Positions 7,823 to 17,500 of a stretch of 32,000 bases of DNA are shown here, piece by piece. Position 1 is the first letter of the stretch; the number at the start of each line of letters is the position of its first letter. The translations under genes and the position numbers were made by a program. Source of the stretch: Klebsiella phage PWKp9S. Location: the sequence record MZ634344.1. One strand, 5' to 3'. A model generated the notes under the pieces. It was not told the origin of the DNA and did no database searches. It saw only the letters and a program-made list of their open reading frames with translations.

Positions 7823-8419
7823 ATGCAGAATATTAATCTTAATGCTGAGATTAAATCTGTTAAAGCTGTCGGTGAGGGTGATAATCCTCCTTTAAAAATC
7901 AAAGGGTATGCTAACACGATTACCAAAGACCGCGCCGGCGACGTTATTCTCTCCGAAGCGTGGACTACCAGTAACGCCCTCAAGAATTTTATGAAGAACC
8001 CGATCATGCTTTTCGGCCATAACCATAGCCGCCCAATTGGTAAGATCCTAGACCTGGTACCCACCGAGTCCGGACTTATGGTTGAGGGTGAGGTAAGTGC
8101 TGCTGATTTACAGATTTACTCATTAATACGTGATGAGGTTCTTAAAACGTTCTCCGTAGGCTTCTATATTAAAGACGCCGAATGGGACGATATGACTGAA
8201 ACGTTCATTATTAAAGATCTGGAGTTACTCGAGATCTCTGTAGTCTCGGTTCCATGCAACCAAGACTCAACTTTTAGCCTTTCGAAGTCTGTAAACCACA
8301 ATGATTACATGGAACTTCGTAAGTCTTTTGTAAAATCTTCGCAGGTCCAGCCTGTTGAACAACCTGAACTTTCTAATTTAGAGAAATTCCTAGTAGCCGC
8401 TGGTTACGCTAAAGGATAA
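7823..8419 (+). CDS. Prohead maturation protease
   Basis: Contains KIKGYANTITKDRAGDVIL, FGHNHSRPIGKI (catalytic His region), and LLEISVVSVPCNQDS, typical of HK97/U35-type proteases. Track ORF begins at TTG 7811, but GGAG (7813-7816) precedes ATG 7823. Confidence 0.9.
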   Translation: MQNINLNAEIKSVKAVGEGDNPPLKIKGYANTITKDRAGDVILSEAWTTSNALKNFMKNPIMLFGHNHSRPIGKILDLVPTESGLMVEGEVSAADLQIYSLIRDEVLKTFSVGFYIKDAEWDDMTETFIIKDLELLEISVVSVPCNQDSTFSLSKSVNHNDYMELRKSFVKSSQVQPVEQPELSNLEKFLVAAGYAKG

Positions 8420-8432
8420 TGGAGAAATAATA

Positions 8433-9815
8433 ATGTCTTACGATATCGCACAACTGTCTAAAGATCTGGGCCTGGGTGACATTGCTGAGCAGCTTAAAGG
8501 CCTAACCGCCTCTCAGAAAGCTGAAGAAGCTCGCAAATTTGCTGCTGAGCAGGAAGCTAAAGAACTCAAGCGTATGGAAGACCTGGTTGCTAAAGCAACT
8601 GGTGAAGACCGTAAAAACCTGGCAGAAGCTCTGGAGCTTGTAAAAAACCTGGATGAGAAATCCAAACAGTCCGCTGAAGCGTTCGTTAAAGCAATGAACT
8701 CCCAGCAGGAAGAAATCACCGGTCTGAAAGAAGAAATCAAATCTCTGCTGGCCGCTCGTGAAAATGGCCGCTCTTTCGTAGCTGATGGCGTTGCTAAGGC
8801 AATGTTCGGTAAGCAGGAAGATTTCGAAGACGAAGTTGAGAAACTGGTTCTTCTGTCCTATGTAATGCAGAAAGATGTATTCGGTACCAAGCGTGGCGAA
8901 GCCCACCTGAAAGCTGTTAACGGCTCTTCTTCTATCGAAGTTTCTACCGAAGCGTACGAAACCATCTTCTCCCTGCGTATCCTGCGCGACATTCAGGCTA
9001 AACTGATTATCGGTACCATGTTCGAAGAACTGCCGATGTCTAGCAAATTGCTGACCATGATGGTTGAGCCGGAAGCTGGTGAAGCTAGCTGGGTTGACGC
9101 CTCTACTTACGGTACTCCTGCTACTGTTGGTGCGGAAGACAAAACCAAGCTGTCTGAAATCACCTTCAAGACTTACAAACTGGCTGCTAAAGCGTATATG
9201 ACCGACGAAACAGAAGAAGATGCTATCTTCACTCTGCTGCCGATCATGCGTCGTCGCCTGATTGAAGCTCACGCTATCGCAATCGAAAAAGCGTTCCTGA
9301 CCGGTACTGGTGCTGCTGGTACTCCGAAAGGTCTGATCCAGTTCGCTAAAGACGATGGTAAAGTGGTTGCTACCACTGCTAAAGCTGACGGTTCTGTTAA
9401 AGTTACCGCTAAAGAAATTCACAAGCTGCGTCGTTCACTGGGCCGCCACGGTCTAGACCTGAACAAACTGGCTCTGGTTGTTTCGATGGATGCTTATTAC
9501 GATCTGATCGAAGATGAAGAGTTCCAGGACGTTGCACAGGTTACCGCTACCACCGCTATCAAACTGCAGGGTCAGGTTGGTCGCATCTACGGTCTGCCGG
9601 TACTGGTTTCCGAGTTCTTCCCAGCTAAGGCTGCAAGCGCTGCGTTCTGTGTGGTTGTTTACCGCGACAACTTCATCGTTCCTCGTCAGCGTGCAATCAC
9701 CGTTGAGAAAGAGCGTCAGGCTGAACGTCAGCGCGATGCGTACTACGTTACTCAGCGTCTGAACCTGATGCGTTTCTTCAAGAACGGCGTAGTTGCTGGT
9801 GCTTACGCTGCTTAA
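8433..9815 (+). CDS. Major capsid protein precursor (T5 pb8-like, HK97 fold with N-terminal delta/scaffold domain)
   Basis: 460 aa; charged coiled-coil N-terminus, then HK97-type body (MFEELPMSSKLLTMMVEPEAGEASWVDAS..., YGLPVLVSEFFPAKAA, FIVPRQRAITVEKER). Codon usage consistent with high expression; SD GGAG. Confidence 0.95.
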   Translation: MSYDIAQLSKDLGLGDIAEQLKGLTASQKAEEARKFAAEQEAKELKRMEDLVAKATGEDRKNLAEALELVKNLDEKSKQSAEAFVKAMNSQQEEITGLKEEIKSLLAARENGRSFVADGVAKAMFGKQEDFEDEVEKLVLLSYVMQKDVFGTKRGEAHLKAVNGSSSIEVSTEAYETIFSLRILRDIQAKLIIGTMFEELPMSSKLLTMMVEPEAGEASWVDASTYGTPATVGAEDKTKLSEITFKTYKLAAKAYMTDETEEDAIFTLLPIMRRRLIEAHAIAIEKAFLTGTGAAGTPKGLIQFAKDDGKVVATTAKADGSVKVTAKEIHKLRRSLGRHGLDLNKLALVVSMDAYYDLIEDEEFQDVAQVTATTAIKLQGQVGRIYGLPVLVSEFFPAKAASAAFCVVVYRDNFIVPRQRAITVEKERQAERQRDAYYVTQRLNLMRFFKNGVVAGAYAA

Positions 9816-9834
9816 TTTGGCTATACTGCCGACT

Positions 9835-9862
9835 AAAGGAGAGCTTCGGCTCTCCTTTTTTA
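9835..9862 (+). terminator. Rho-independent terminator after major capsid gene
   Basis: AAAGGAGAGC-TTCG-GCTCTCCTTT with following T tail. Confidence 0.88.
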
Positions 9863-9873
9863 TTGGGTAAAAT

Positions 9874-10386
9874 ATGCAATTCATGACAGATTCTGATTGG
9901 AGAACATATGGAGGCCTTAAACGTCCTGACTTAGAGTCAAATATCCCAATGTTAATCAAAGCGGCTAATGCTCTGATTACTCAGCTTCTAGGTATTGACG
10001 ACACTGCTAACGTTGTAGACGTTCTGCCTACTAAACCAGCACGCAAAAAGTACTTCCTGTCTTCTCCCGTGCCTAGCACGATCACTAAAATTACGATTAA
10101 CGATCAGGAGATCGATAAGTCGCAATATAAGAACTACCCGGATGGTACGCTCTTGCTGAAATTCTCTCCTCCAGAGGGGTATATGGAAGTAGAGTTTACT
10201 CAGACCGGCTTTACCTCTATCCCTGATGACTTGGTACTAGCAGCATGCTTCCTAGTTGATCATTGGGTCAAGAAGGACTACCGCGAGTCTCGTACATTTG
10301 GCGGAGAAACCGTTACTTTCAATACCACTAAATCTGGCGTACCGGAACACATCCGTACTATAATCGAAGTGTACCGGAGGCTGTAG
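9874..10386 (+). CDS. Head-tail connector/head completion protein (T5 p144-like)
   Basis: 170 aa; DSDWRTYGGLKRPDLESNIPMLIKAANALITQLLG, adaptor-like; immediately downstream of MCP. Confidence 0.7.
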   Translation: MQFMTDSDWRTYGGLKRPDLESNIPMLIKAANALITQLLGIDDTANVVDVLPTKPARKKYFLSSPVPSTITKITINDQEIDKSQYKNYPDGTLLLKFSPPEGYMEVEFTQTGFTSIPDDLVLAACFLVDHWVKKDYRESRTFGGETVTFNTTKSGVPEHIRTIIEVYRRL

Positions 10387-11147
10387 TGGCGTTGGGCGAT
10401 CTAGCTCGACAGATAGTTAAAGAACAGCTGGACATTATGAGTGGTGGTAGCCACTCTACCAAGAACACCGTGATATATAGTGCGGAAACTATGGATAACC
10501 ACAAAGATGGCACCATAGGCAAGGTATCCTTCCGATTTACCAAGCCGGTATCGGAGGATTTACTGAATGTTCGGACGTCCTCTATTTTAAAAGCTGTCTC
10601 GTCGTCACTTAACTTAGAAGGCGACGTTGGTGTTATCGATAACCTTCTAAACAGTATCACTGGTAAAAAATCCACGATAGGAAGAAAACGATCTACCGGT
10701 AGGGTAGAGGTTAACTTTGGAGATCCTTCAGATGCTGACAACGGTTACGCTGGTGCTATTTCTGGCGCTTCTGGGCGTTTCGTCTCAAACACAAACCTTA
10801 GAGCGTTACTTGAACTCGTAGCAAAAGAATACCTAGTTAAGGATATGAAAAAAGCGGGTGCACCACTGAAATTTAGAACTGGGCGTTTTGCTAATTCCTT
10901 GAAAATTAAAGACGTGCTGTTAAGAGAAGACGCAGGGGCAAAGAATCCTGACCTCAACATCACGTATAACTACATGCTTAAGCCTTACTCTGTGTTCAAC
11001 CCTGCCGTCTCTACCTACCGCGGACTCTCCCTACGACCTTTCCCTGGTGCTAGGAACCCGCAGAAGCTGATCGGCGAGGCAATCGCTAAGGCTGCAAGAG
11101 ACCTTATCCACTCTAGATACCGGATAAGAGTAAATCAGGGTACATAA
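10386..11147 (+). CDS. Tail completion/connector protein (T5 p143-like)
   Basis: 253 aa, GTG start preceded by GGAGG; position between connector and tail terminator. Confidence 0.65.
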   Translation: MALGDLARQIVKEQLDIMSGGSHSTKNTVIYSAETMDNHKDGTIGKVSFRFTKPVSEDLLNVRTSSILKAVSSSLNLEGDVGVIDNLLNSITGKKSTIGRKRSTGRVEVNFGDPSDADNGYAGAISGASGRFVSNTNLRALLELVAKEYLVKDMKKAGAPLKFRTGRFANSLKIKDVLLREDAGAKNPDLNITYNYMLKPYSVFNPAVSTYRGLSLRPFPGARNPQKLIGEAIAKAARDLIHSRYRIRVNQGT

Positions 11148-11632
11148 TGAATTACAGAACAAGTATTGCTGATGCCCTAGTGGAACGACTGAAGAAGGAC
11201 ATGGACGGGAGTAATCCCACAGAGTTCTTTACTAATATGTATGGGAACGTATCCCGCCAGACTTATTCGTTTGAGCAGATCAATGAGTTCCCTTACATAG
11301 CAGTCCACGTGGGTACCGAAACTGGAAACTACCTGCCGTCTGCACAGCAGTGGGTTTACCTTGAAATTCCTATTCTTATCTATGATAAAGAAAAGGATGA
11401 TATTAACATGCAACTTGAGAAACTCATAGCGGATGTAAAAACCTCTATTGACACTGGAGGAAATTTACAATATACTATAATGAAACCTGATGGTTCAACT
11501 ATCAATTCTGAAGCCACTGACATGCAGATCACGTCGGTGTCCACAGACGAGGGTATACTGTCCCCATTTGGTTTTGCTCAAGTTAACGTAACAGTCCGGT
11601 ATATGCCTCTGAGAAGAGCACTGGATAGATAA
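11147..11632 (+). CDS. Tail terminator protein (T5 p142-like)
   Basis: 161 aa, minor-tail-U-like pattern (YPYIAVHVGTE, LPSAQQWVYLEIPILIYD); immediately before the tail tube gene. Confidence 0.75.
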   Translation: MNYRTSIADALVERLKKDMDGSNPTEFFTNMYGNVSRQTYSFEQINEFPYIAVHVGTETGNYLPSAQQWVYLEIPILIYDKEKDDINMQLEKLIADVKTSIDTGGNLQYTIMKPDGSTINSEATDMQITSVSTDEGILSPFGFAQVNVTVRYMPLRRALDR

Positions 11633-11655
11633 GTTACAGCTCAGGAGAAATTTAA

Positions 11656-12783
11656 ATGTCTGTACAACTATTACGTAATACACGAATCTTCGTGTCAACC
11701 GTTACTACGGGGTTCACTAAGGCCAACACTCAGGAGATCCTAGTTCAGGATGATGTCTCCTGGAGCCAGGACAGTAACTCCACTGATATTACCCTAAATG
11801 AGGCTGGCCCTAAGCCGACCCGCGGTTCGCAGCGCTTTAACGATTCATTGAACGCTGCTGAGTGGAGCTTCTCCACTTATATCCTGCCGTATGATGACGC
11901 AGGTAAACAGATTCTACCGGACTACCTACTGTGGCACGGGCTGTCAACTGGCGCTGCCGTGAATCTAGCAGGTACTACTGGCGTATTCCAGAACGCTACT
12001 AACCTGGTTGTCAACTTTAAAGACAATGGATACCACGAGCTGGCCATGTTGAACATCTACATCCTGACTGATAGCTCTTGGTCTGTGATCCGTAATTGCC
12101 AGGTTGGGCAGGCTGAGGTTAACGTAGATATTGATGATATCGGTCGTGTAACCTGGTCAGGCAACGGCACCCGTTTAGAGACTCTGCCAGCACAGCCGTT
12201 CGATCCTAAAACCATTGGTATAGACGATGCTCTTTATGCTAAGATTCAGAGTTCTTACATCAAGAACAAACTGACCATTCTTAAGCTGAAGAACAACGCC
12301 ACCGGTGGAAAAACCTATAACATCCCGATCACGGGAGGTTCTTTCACCATGAACAACAACGTGACGTACCTGACTCCTAACATCATGTCTCGTGTTGACG
12401 TTCCGATCGGTTCATTCACTGGTTCCTTCGAGCTGACTGGTTCCTTGACAGCGTATATGAATGATGCTGCCAACGGCTCTATCCAGCTGTACAAAGATCT
12501 GGTTTCTGACCTGAAAGCCGTGAACGACTTCGAAGTAGCAATCATCCTAGGTGGCGAATATGATACTGCTCGTCCAGCAGCTGTTCTGGTGGCTAAGCAC
12601 GCTAACCTGAATATCCCGTCGATCGAGACCGATGACGTGCTGGGTGTTTCTATTGAGTTCAAGGCTATCCCGTCTCATATGGATGCTGGTGATGAAGGTT
12701 ACTTAGGTTTCTCTTCTAAATACACCAAGACTTCTATCGCGAAACTGATTACCTCTGGTGACGGTAACCCTGTCACACCATAA
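11656..12783 (+). CDS. Major tail tube protein (T5 pb6-like), lacking C-terminal Ig domain
   Basis: 375 aa; LRNTRIFVSTV...NTQEILVQDDVSW.QDSNSTDIT.NEAGP.PTRGS.RFNDSLNAAEWSFSTYILPY matches my recollection of T5 pb6. Ends just after GDEGYLGFSSKYT...GDGNPVTP. Confidence 0.9.
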   Translation: MSVQLLRNTRIFVSTVTTGFTKANTQEILVQDDVSWSQDSNSTDITLNEAGPKPTRGSQRFNDSLNAAEWSFSTYILPYDDAGKQILPDYLLWHGLSTGAAVNLAGTTGVFQNATNLVVNFKDNGYHELAMLNIYILTDSSWSVIRNCQVGQAEVNVDIDDIGRVTWSGNGTRLETLPAQPFDPKTIGIDDALYAKIQSSYIKNKLTILKLKNNATGGKTYNIPITGGSFTMNNNVTYLTPNIMSRVDVPIGSFTGSFELTGSLTAYMNDAANGSIQLYKDLVSDLKAVNDFEVAIILGGEYDTARPAAVLVAKHANLNIPSIETDDVLGVSIEFKAIPSHMDAGDEGYLGFSSKYTKTSIAKLITSGDGNPVTP

Positions 12784-12792
12784 GGATAACTA

Positions 12793-13680
12793 ATGCTATA
12801 CTCCCTAATGCGGGAGTCTAGAGTAGTCATCGAGTACGATGGCAGGGCGTACGGATTTGACGCCCTGTCTGATTACACTGCTGGAACGTCCTATGAAGAG
12901 TTTAAAGCAAATCGTAGGACGATTCACAGACGCAGTAACTACGCCTATTCGAAGATAACTGCTCAGTCTCCTTCTTCAATTTCTCTAACTCTTAACTTCT
13001 CTAGCAATGCTCTCGAAGGTCTATTTTTCGAGTTGATGGGGTTTATAGAGATAGACGGAATGTATCAGATGCCCTTGTTCAGTAATAATATTGAGCCTAA
13101 AATGTTCTCCGTATATATTATTAACAAGAACACGAGCTTACGTTTCGATAACTGTTTTGCTACCACCTGCGACTTTTCTCTAGATAAGAGTGTCCCGGTG
13201 CTAAACGTTGGTATCGAGTCGGGATACTTTGAGGAAGTAGGCCACCCACTAAACAGCTATACGCTTGATCAAGGTGAGGTGCTACCATTTTCATTACCTC
13301 AGGTATCTTCGAATGGGAGAGTGCTCCCAGGACTTATGTCAGCCGGTATGTCATTCCAGCAGCAATGTGAATGGCGGGGTGACAGAAGTTTATTCGATAT
13401 CAATAAGATTTATAATAATAGGAGAGCAATCGTTAACGAGTTGAACTCATCTGCTTTGATATCGATGTATTATGCGAAGAGTCTTCATATAGATTCTACG
13501 CATAACATTAAACCTGATGTGGGCCTACCGGTACAGATCAGAAATAAATATATTGTGGTGGACTTTCCATCCACTAAAATCACAAAACGCCTAGACTTAA
13601 CCGACGTGTACAAGATCGATTACGATGTGATCCCTACTGAGCAATCAGATCCTGTCCGAATCAAGCTAATTGGAGAATAA
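12793..13680 (+). CDS. Baseplate tube / minor tail protein (T5 p140-like)
   Basis: 295 aa ORF between tail tube and tail-assembly chaperone; size and position match T5 p140. Confidence 0.7.
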   Translation: MLYSLMRESRVVIEYDGRAYGFDALSDYTAGTSYEEFKANRRTIHRRSNYAYSKITAQSPSSISLTLNFSSNALEGLFFELMGFIEIDGMYQMPLFSNNIEPKMFSVYIINKNTSLRFDNCFATTCDFSLDKSVPVLNVGIESGYFEEVGHPLNSYTLDQGEVLPFSLPQVSSNGRVLPGLMSAGMSFQQQCEWRGDRSLFDINKIYNNRRAIVNELNSSALISMYYAKSLHIDSTHNIKPDVGLPVQIRNKYIVVDFPSTKITKRLDLTDVYKIDYDVIPTEQSDPVRIKLIGE

Positions 13681-13683
13681 CAA

Positions 13684-14106
13684 ATGAGTATTAACCTAAA
13701 AGATATTGCACTGGATACCAAACAGATTACCATTGCATACCCTGGCCTACCCCACTTCAAACTGAAAGTTAACTACGTCTCCCGTAAGCTCTCCAAGAAA
13801 ATTCTGGAAGCTGCACAAGAGAACCAGTTTGTTAATGGTATCGCTGTTAAAGTGCAAAACGATGACAAATTCGCAGAAGAGTTCGTCAAAGTGGCTATTG
13901 CGGGTTGGGAAGGTCTGACCGTCGCAGATGTTGAGAAACTAATGCTGATCGAGGTTCCGGAAGATCGCCTGGAAGATAAGGTAGAATTTAGTATCGACAA
14001 CGCGATGATGTTAGTACGTAATTCCAGCGCCTTCGAGACCTGGATGAATAGCACTGTCTTCCACCTAGACACCTTTCGTGGTTCAAAATCGGAACCTACT
14101 GCTTAA
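13684..14106 (+). CDS. Tail assembly chaperone, upstream frame (gpG-like)
   Basis: 140 aa ORF immediately before tape measure region; MSINLKDIALDTKQITIAYPGLPHFKLKVNYVSRKLSKKIL... Confidence 0.75.
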   Translation: MSINLKDIALDTKQITIAYPGLPHFKLKVNYVSRKLSKKILEAAQENQFVNGIAVKVQNDDKFAEEFVKVAIAGWEGLTVADVEKLMLIEVPEDRLEDKVEFSIDNAMMLVRNSSAFETWMNSTVFHLDTFRGSKSEPTA

Positions 14107-14506
14107 GGAAATAGACGCCTTTGCAGAACGATGTGTCAAGGGAGGAGACTCCAAGATTACACGGGAGCAGTATCTGACTATGTGCGAATCTCTCGGGGAG
14201 GAACCTAACCCCGAGGTACTTAAACGTTTCGTAGAGATCCATGACTTCCCTGAAATCGCACAGACCGCTCTAACAATATATAACAACTTATCGGACAATT
14301 ATATCCCCGGGGATTATCCAACCTATTTAGGCAAGGATAAAAGTGCCCTACTAGTTTTCTTCGATATCTACGGAGTCGAGGACCCAGATGAGAAGAGTCT
14401 TATACTCCAGATCATCAACATATTCGACTCACATGCTGTGGCAGCCTCTCGCAAACGTGTTGAAGCAGCTATTAAGAAGTCTAAAATGAAGTCTTCTAGC
14501 AGATAG
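14078..14506 (+). CDS. Tail assembly chaperone, downstream frame (gpT-like), probably expressed by frameshift
   Basis: Open in +1 frame from 14069 (TAG at 14066-14068) to 14506; overlaps the 13684 ORF; GTG start has no SD; ends before the tape measure gene. Confidence 0.75.
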   Translation: MVQNRNLLLKEIDAFAERCVKGGDSKITREQYLTMCESLGEEPNPEVLKRFVEIHDFPEIAQTALTIYNNLSDNYIPGDYPTYLGKDKSALLVFFDIYGVEDPDEKSLILQIINIFDSHAVAASRKRVEAAIKKSKMKSSSR

Positions 14507-14547
14507 TGAGTTACATTTTCCTCCAACGGGCGTTCCACGTGAGGCTT

Positions 14548-14577
14548 GGCCTAGGGTTAATGCCCTAGGCCTTTTTT
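14548..14577 (+). terminator. Strong Rho-independent terminator/attenuator just upstream of tape measure gene
   Basis: GGCCTAGGG (14548-14556) / CCCTAGGCC (14563-14571), 6-nt loop, then TTTTTT. Confidence 0.88.
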
Positions 14578-14590
14578 ATTGGAAAAAATC

Positions 14591-17500
14591 ATGACAGATA
14601 GACTAATACGAGAATTACTTGTAGATATCAAGCAGCGTGGTGGATCCAAAGCCGCTAAGCAAATCAGGGATGTTGAAGCTGCTTTAGACGGAGCTGCTCA
14701 GAGCTCAGAGGGTCTAAATACAAGCTTGGGCAAACTTCCTGGGTCTTTCACGGCGCTGGAACGATCTGTATCACGTACTGCTAAGTCGCTGGAGAAACTA
14801 TCCTCGACCACCAGCATTACAGCATTAGCAGCGTCTATCGGCATGCTAAGCGGCAAGTTTACCTCGTTCGAGGTTGACTTGGCTAAATCCGTACTAAAAA
14901 TCAACGCAAACCTAAACGGGGTGACTTCCGCCGCTAACAAAATGGCCTCTGGTTTTGACACTGCAGCCACTTCTTCGGTTGCGGACTTAAACCGCGTCAA
15001 TAAGGCTCTTCAGGAGTTAGATGCGCACGCCTCTTCGGTAGCTAAAGTGTTACAGACCTTAAAGGCAGGGGCCGGATTAGAATCTATTAGCTCTAGTGCT
15101 GCTAAGGCTAGTACGGATCTTAGCCACCTAGTATCTGGGGTGGAAAAGATAGGTAACCAATTAGCTAGAATGGCGGAGCAAGCCGTGCAGGCAGGCAGAT
15201 CTCTTCAGGGGCTGAAAGCCGACTCCTTAGGGGCTGCAGGAGAGCATCTGAGTAAAGCTGCGTCCGGGATTTCCGTAGCTGTATCCTCTATGGGCGAAGA
15301 GGTGAACAAGCTAAACAAACTACTTCTTGAGTTGTCAGTAAAAGCTGATTTAGCGAGTAAATCTATAGCAAATATTGCACCAGGGACCAAACTGAATAGT
15401 CTGGGAACTGAAATCCAGAAGATTAATACTAGTTTAGCCACTGCAGCCAATACCTCGGTAGCTGAGATATCTAAGATTAAAGCAGCCCTTACGTCTTTAG
15501 TATCCTCTACCGCTACAGCTGCCGCTTCAATGAAAACCGTAGGAACCGGTAGTGGTCTGAGCAAGTTAATCTCAGAGATATCAACAGCCACCTCAGCTTC
15601 CACTTCGGATATCTCTAAAGTAACAGCCGCTTTAAAACAGCTTAACGTAGATGCTACGGCAGCAGGAAAAGCACTGCAAAGTATTAAAGCAGGCGCAAAT
15701 CTTTCTTCTGTACCTACAGTTGTTGGAAAGATAGGTACTTCAATGACGCAGTTGCGTGCTCAGTTAGAAGGATCTGTAACCGGTATCGAGAAAAGCCTAA
15801 ATGATCTATCTAGAGCTTTTGCCACTATGGGAGGTACGGGAAACCTGAATCCACTGGGTAACTCCATCAGAGGTATGATCCCGTCACTCACCCAGCTAGC
15901 TAAGGCCGCTGTGCAAGTTAACTCCGCTCTGTCAAAAATACAGGCAGGCAGGGGCGTACTTCAATTACCTACCCAATTCAAAGCAGTAACGGCCTCATTA
16001 AATGCCCTGGAGACTAAACTGGCTTCCACGTCTCAAATACTAGAGCGCGGATTCTCCAAGGGATTTCAGGATATGGCGTCTAAATCAACCTCGTCATCTA
16101 CGAGAATGATTAACAACTTCCAGAAAGTGGTACCGGAGCTCAACGCTATTGAAGCTGCTGCTATACGTTCTGCTGCTGCAATAGACAAGCTAATAGCCAA
16201 ACGTATACGCCTCGGACAAGCTGGGGGAGGTGGTAACCCTGCAGCGTTCAATATGGGTGCCTTAGTAGCGGAAATGAACAGGATTGTAACCTCCATTGAA
16301 GCTATGGGCAACAAAATGAATACCACCATGGCTGATATGGCACGGAGTACGGACAAGGTATCTGACAAATTAACAGATCTAAACTCAGGCGTTCGGGATG
16401 TTAATACTGGTTTAGGTGGGTTGAATTCAACGTTAACGGGTACGGGTAGCGCTGCTAATAGAGCGTCCAGAGCGTTGGGAAATACTTCAGGATCTGCTCG
16501 TGGAGCTACTAGGAACTTCGCAGCACTAGCTATGGTGACTGGCCCTATGCCTCTTATCTACGGTGCTATAGCCTCTAACGTATACGTGCTTAAAGCAGCG
16601 TTTGATCAGCTAAAACTTGGAGACCAGCTGAACCGCTTAGAACAGTTTGGCTCTATCGTAGGGGCGAAGACAGGTACACCTATTCAGTCCCTTGCTGTGG
16701 CACTGCAGGAAGCTACCGGCCACGCGGTATCCTTTGAGGAGGCAATGCGTCAGGCATCTACTGCGGCAGCTTACGGTTTCGATGCCAAACAGATCAGCGA
16801 GTTTGCTCTAGTTGCACGTAGGGCAGCGGCTACTCTCGGCGTTGATATGACCGATGCACTCAACCGTGTAATCAAGGGTGTGTCCAAGCAGGAAATTGAA
16901 CTTCTAGACGAATTAGGTGTAACCATCCGTTTAAATGATGCGTATGCCGAATACGTTAAGATACTTAATGCGGCTAACACTGGTATAACGTATAATATCC
17001 AGGGCCTAACTTCCTTCCAGAAGCAGCAGGCGTATGCTAATGCGGTAGTAGCAGAGTCTACCAAACGCTTCGGCTATCTTGACGAGGTACTACGAGCAAC
17101 CCCATGGGAGCAATTTGCGGCTAATGCGGATTCTGCATTACGTAAGGTTCAACAAGCGGCTGCTAAATATCTAGGTCCCGTCATTGCATCTATAAACGCA
17201 GCGTTCTATACGTCTAAGGCTTCGGTATCTGCAGAGGCAGCTACTGCCCAGCAAGAGTCGATTAAGCAAATGGATGGTAAAGACTCTAACGCAGTGGTCA
17301 TGAACCTTGAGGCTTCTCAGAAAGGCTTGGATGATGCAGTCAAAGCAAAAGAGGAAGTAAAAAATAAGCTCGCAGCTCTTAATAAGGAGATAATGGATAG
17401 AGAGGCGAAGATGGATATGTCCACTGCGCTGGCCACAGCCGCCAACTATAGTGGGTTCGGTAATCTGCTTACCCTGGGAGCCTCTAAAGCTAACAAAGAA

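Noticed and set aside
8513-8740. Second antisense ORF inside the MCP gene (75 aa)
   Set aside because: Same artefact; no independent evidence for expression.
8502-9422. 306-aa minus-strand ORF opposite the major capsid gene
   Set aside because: It is entirely antisense to a confidently identified, strongly codon-biased gene. Such bias commonly leaves the antisense frame open, and the product is low-complexity Phe/Ser/Arg-rich.
12315-12662. Minus-strand 115-aa ORF in the tail tube gene
   Set aside because: Antisense to a well-supported gene.
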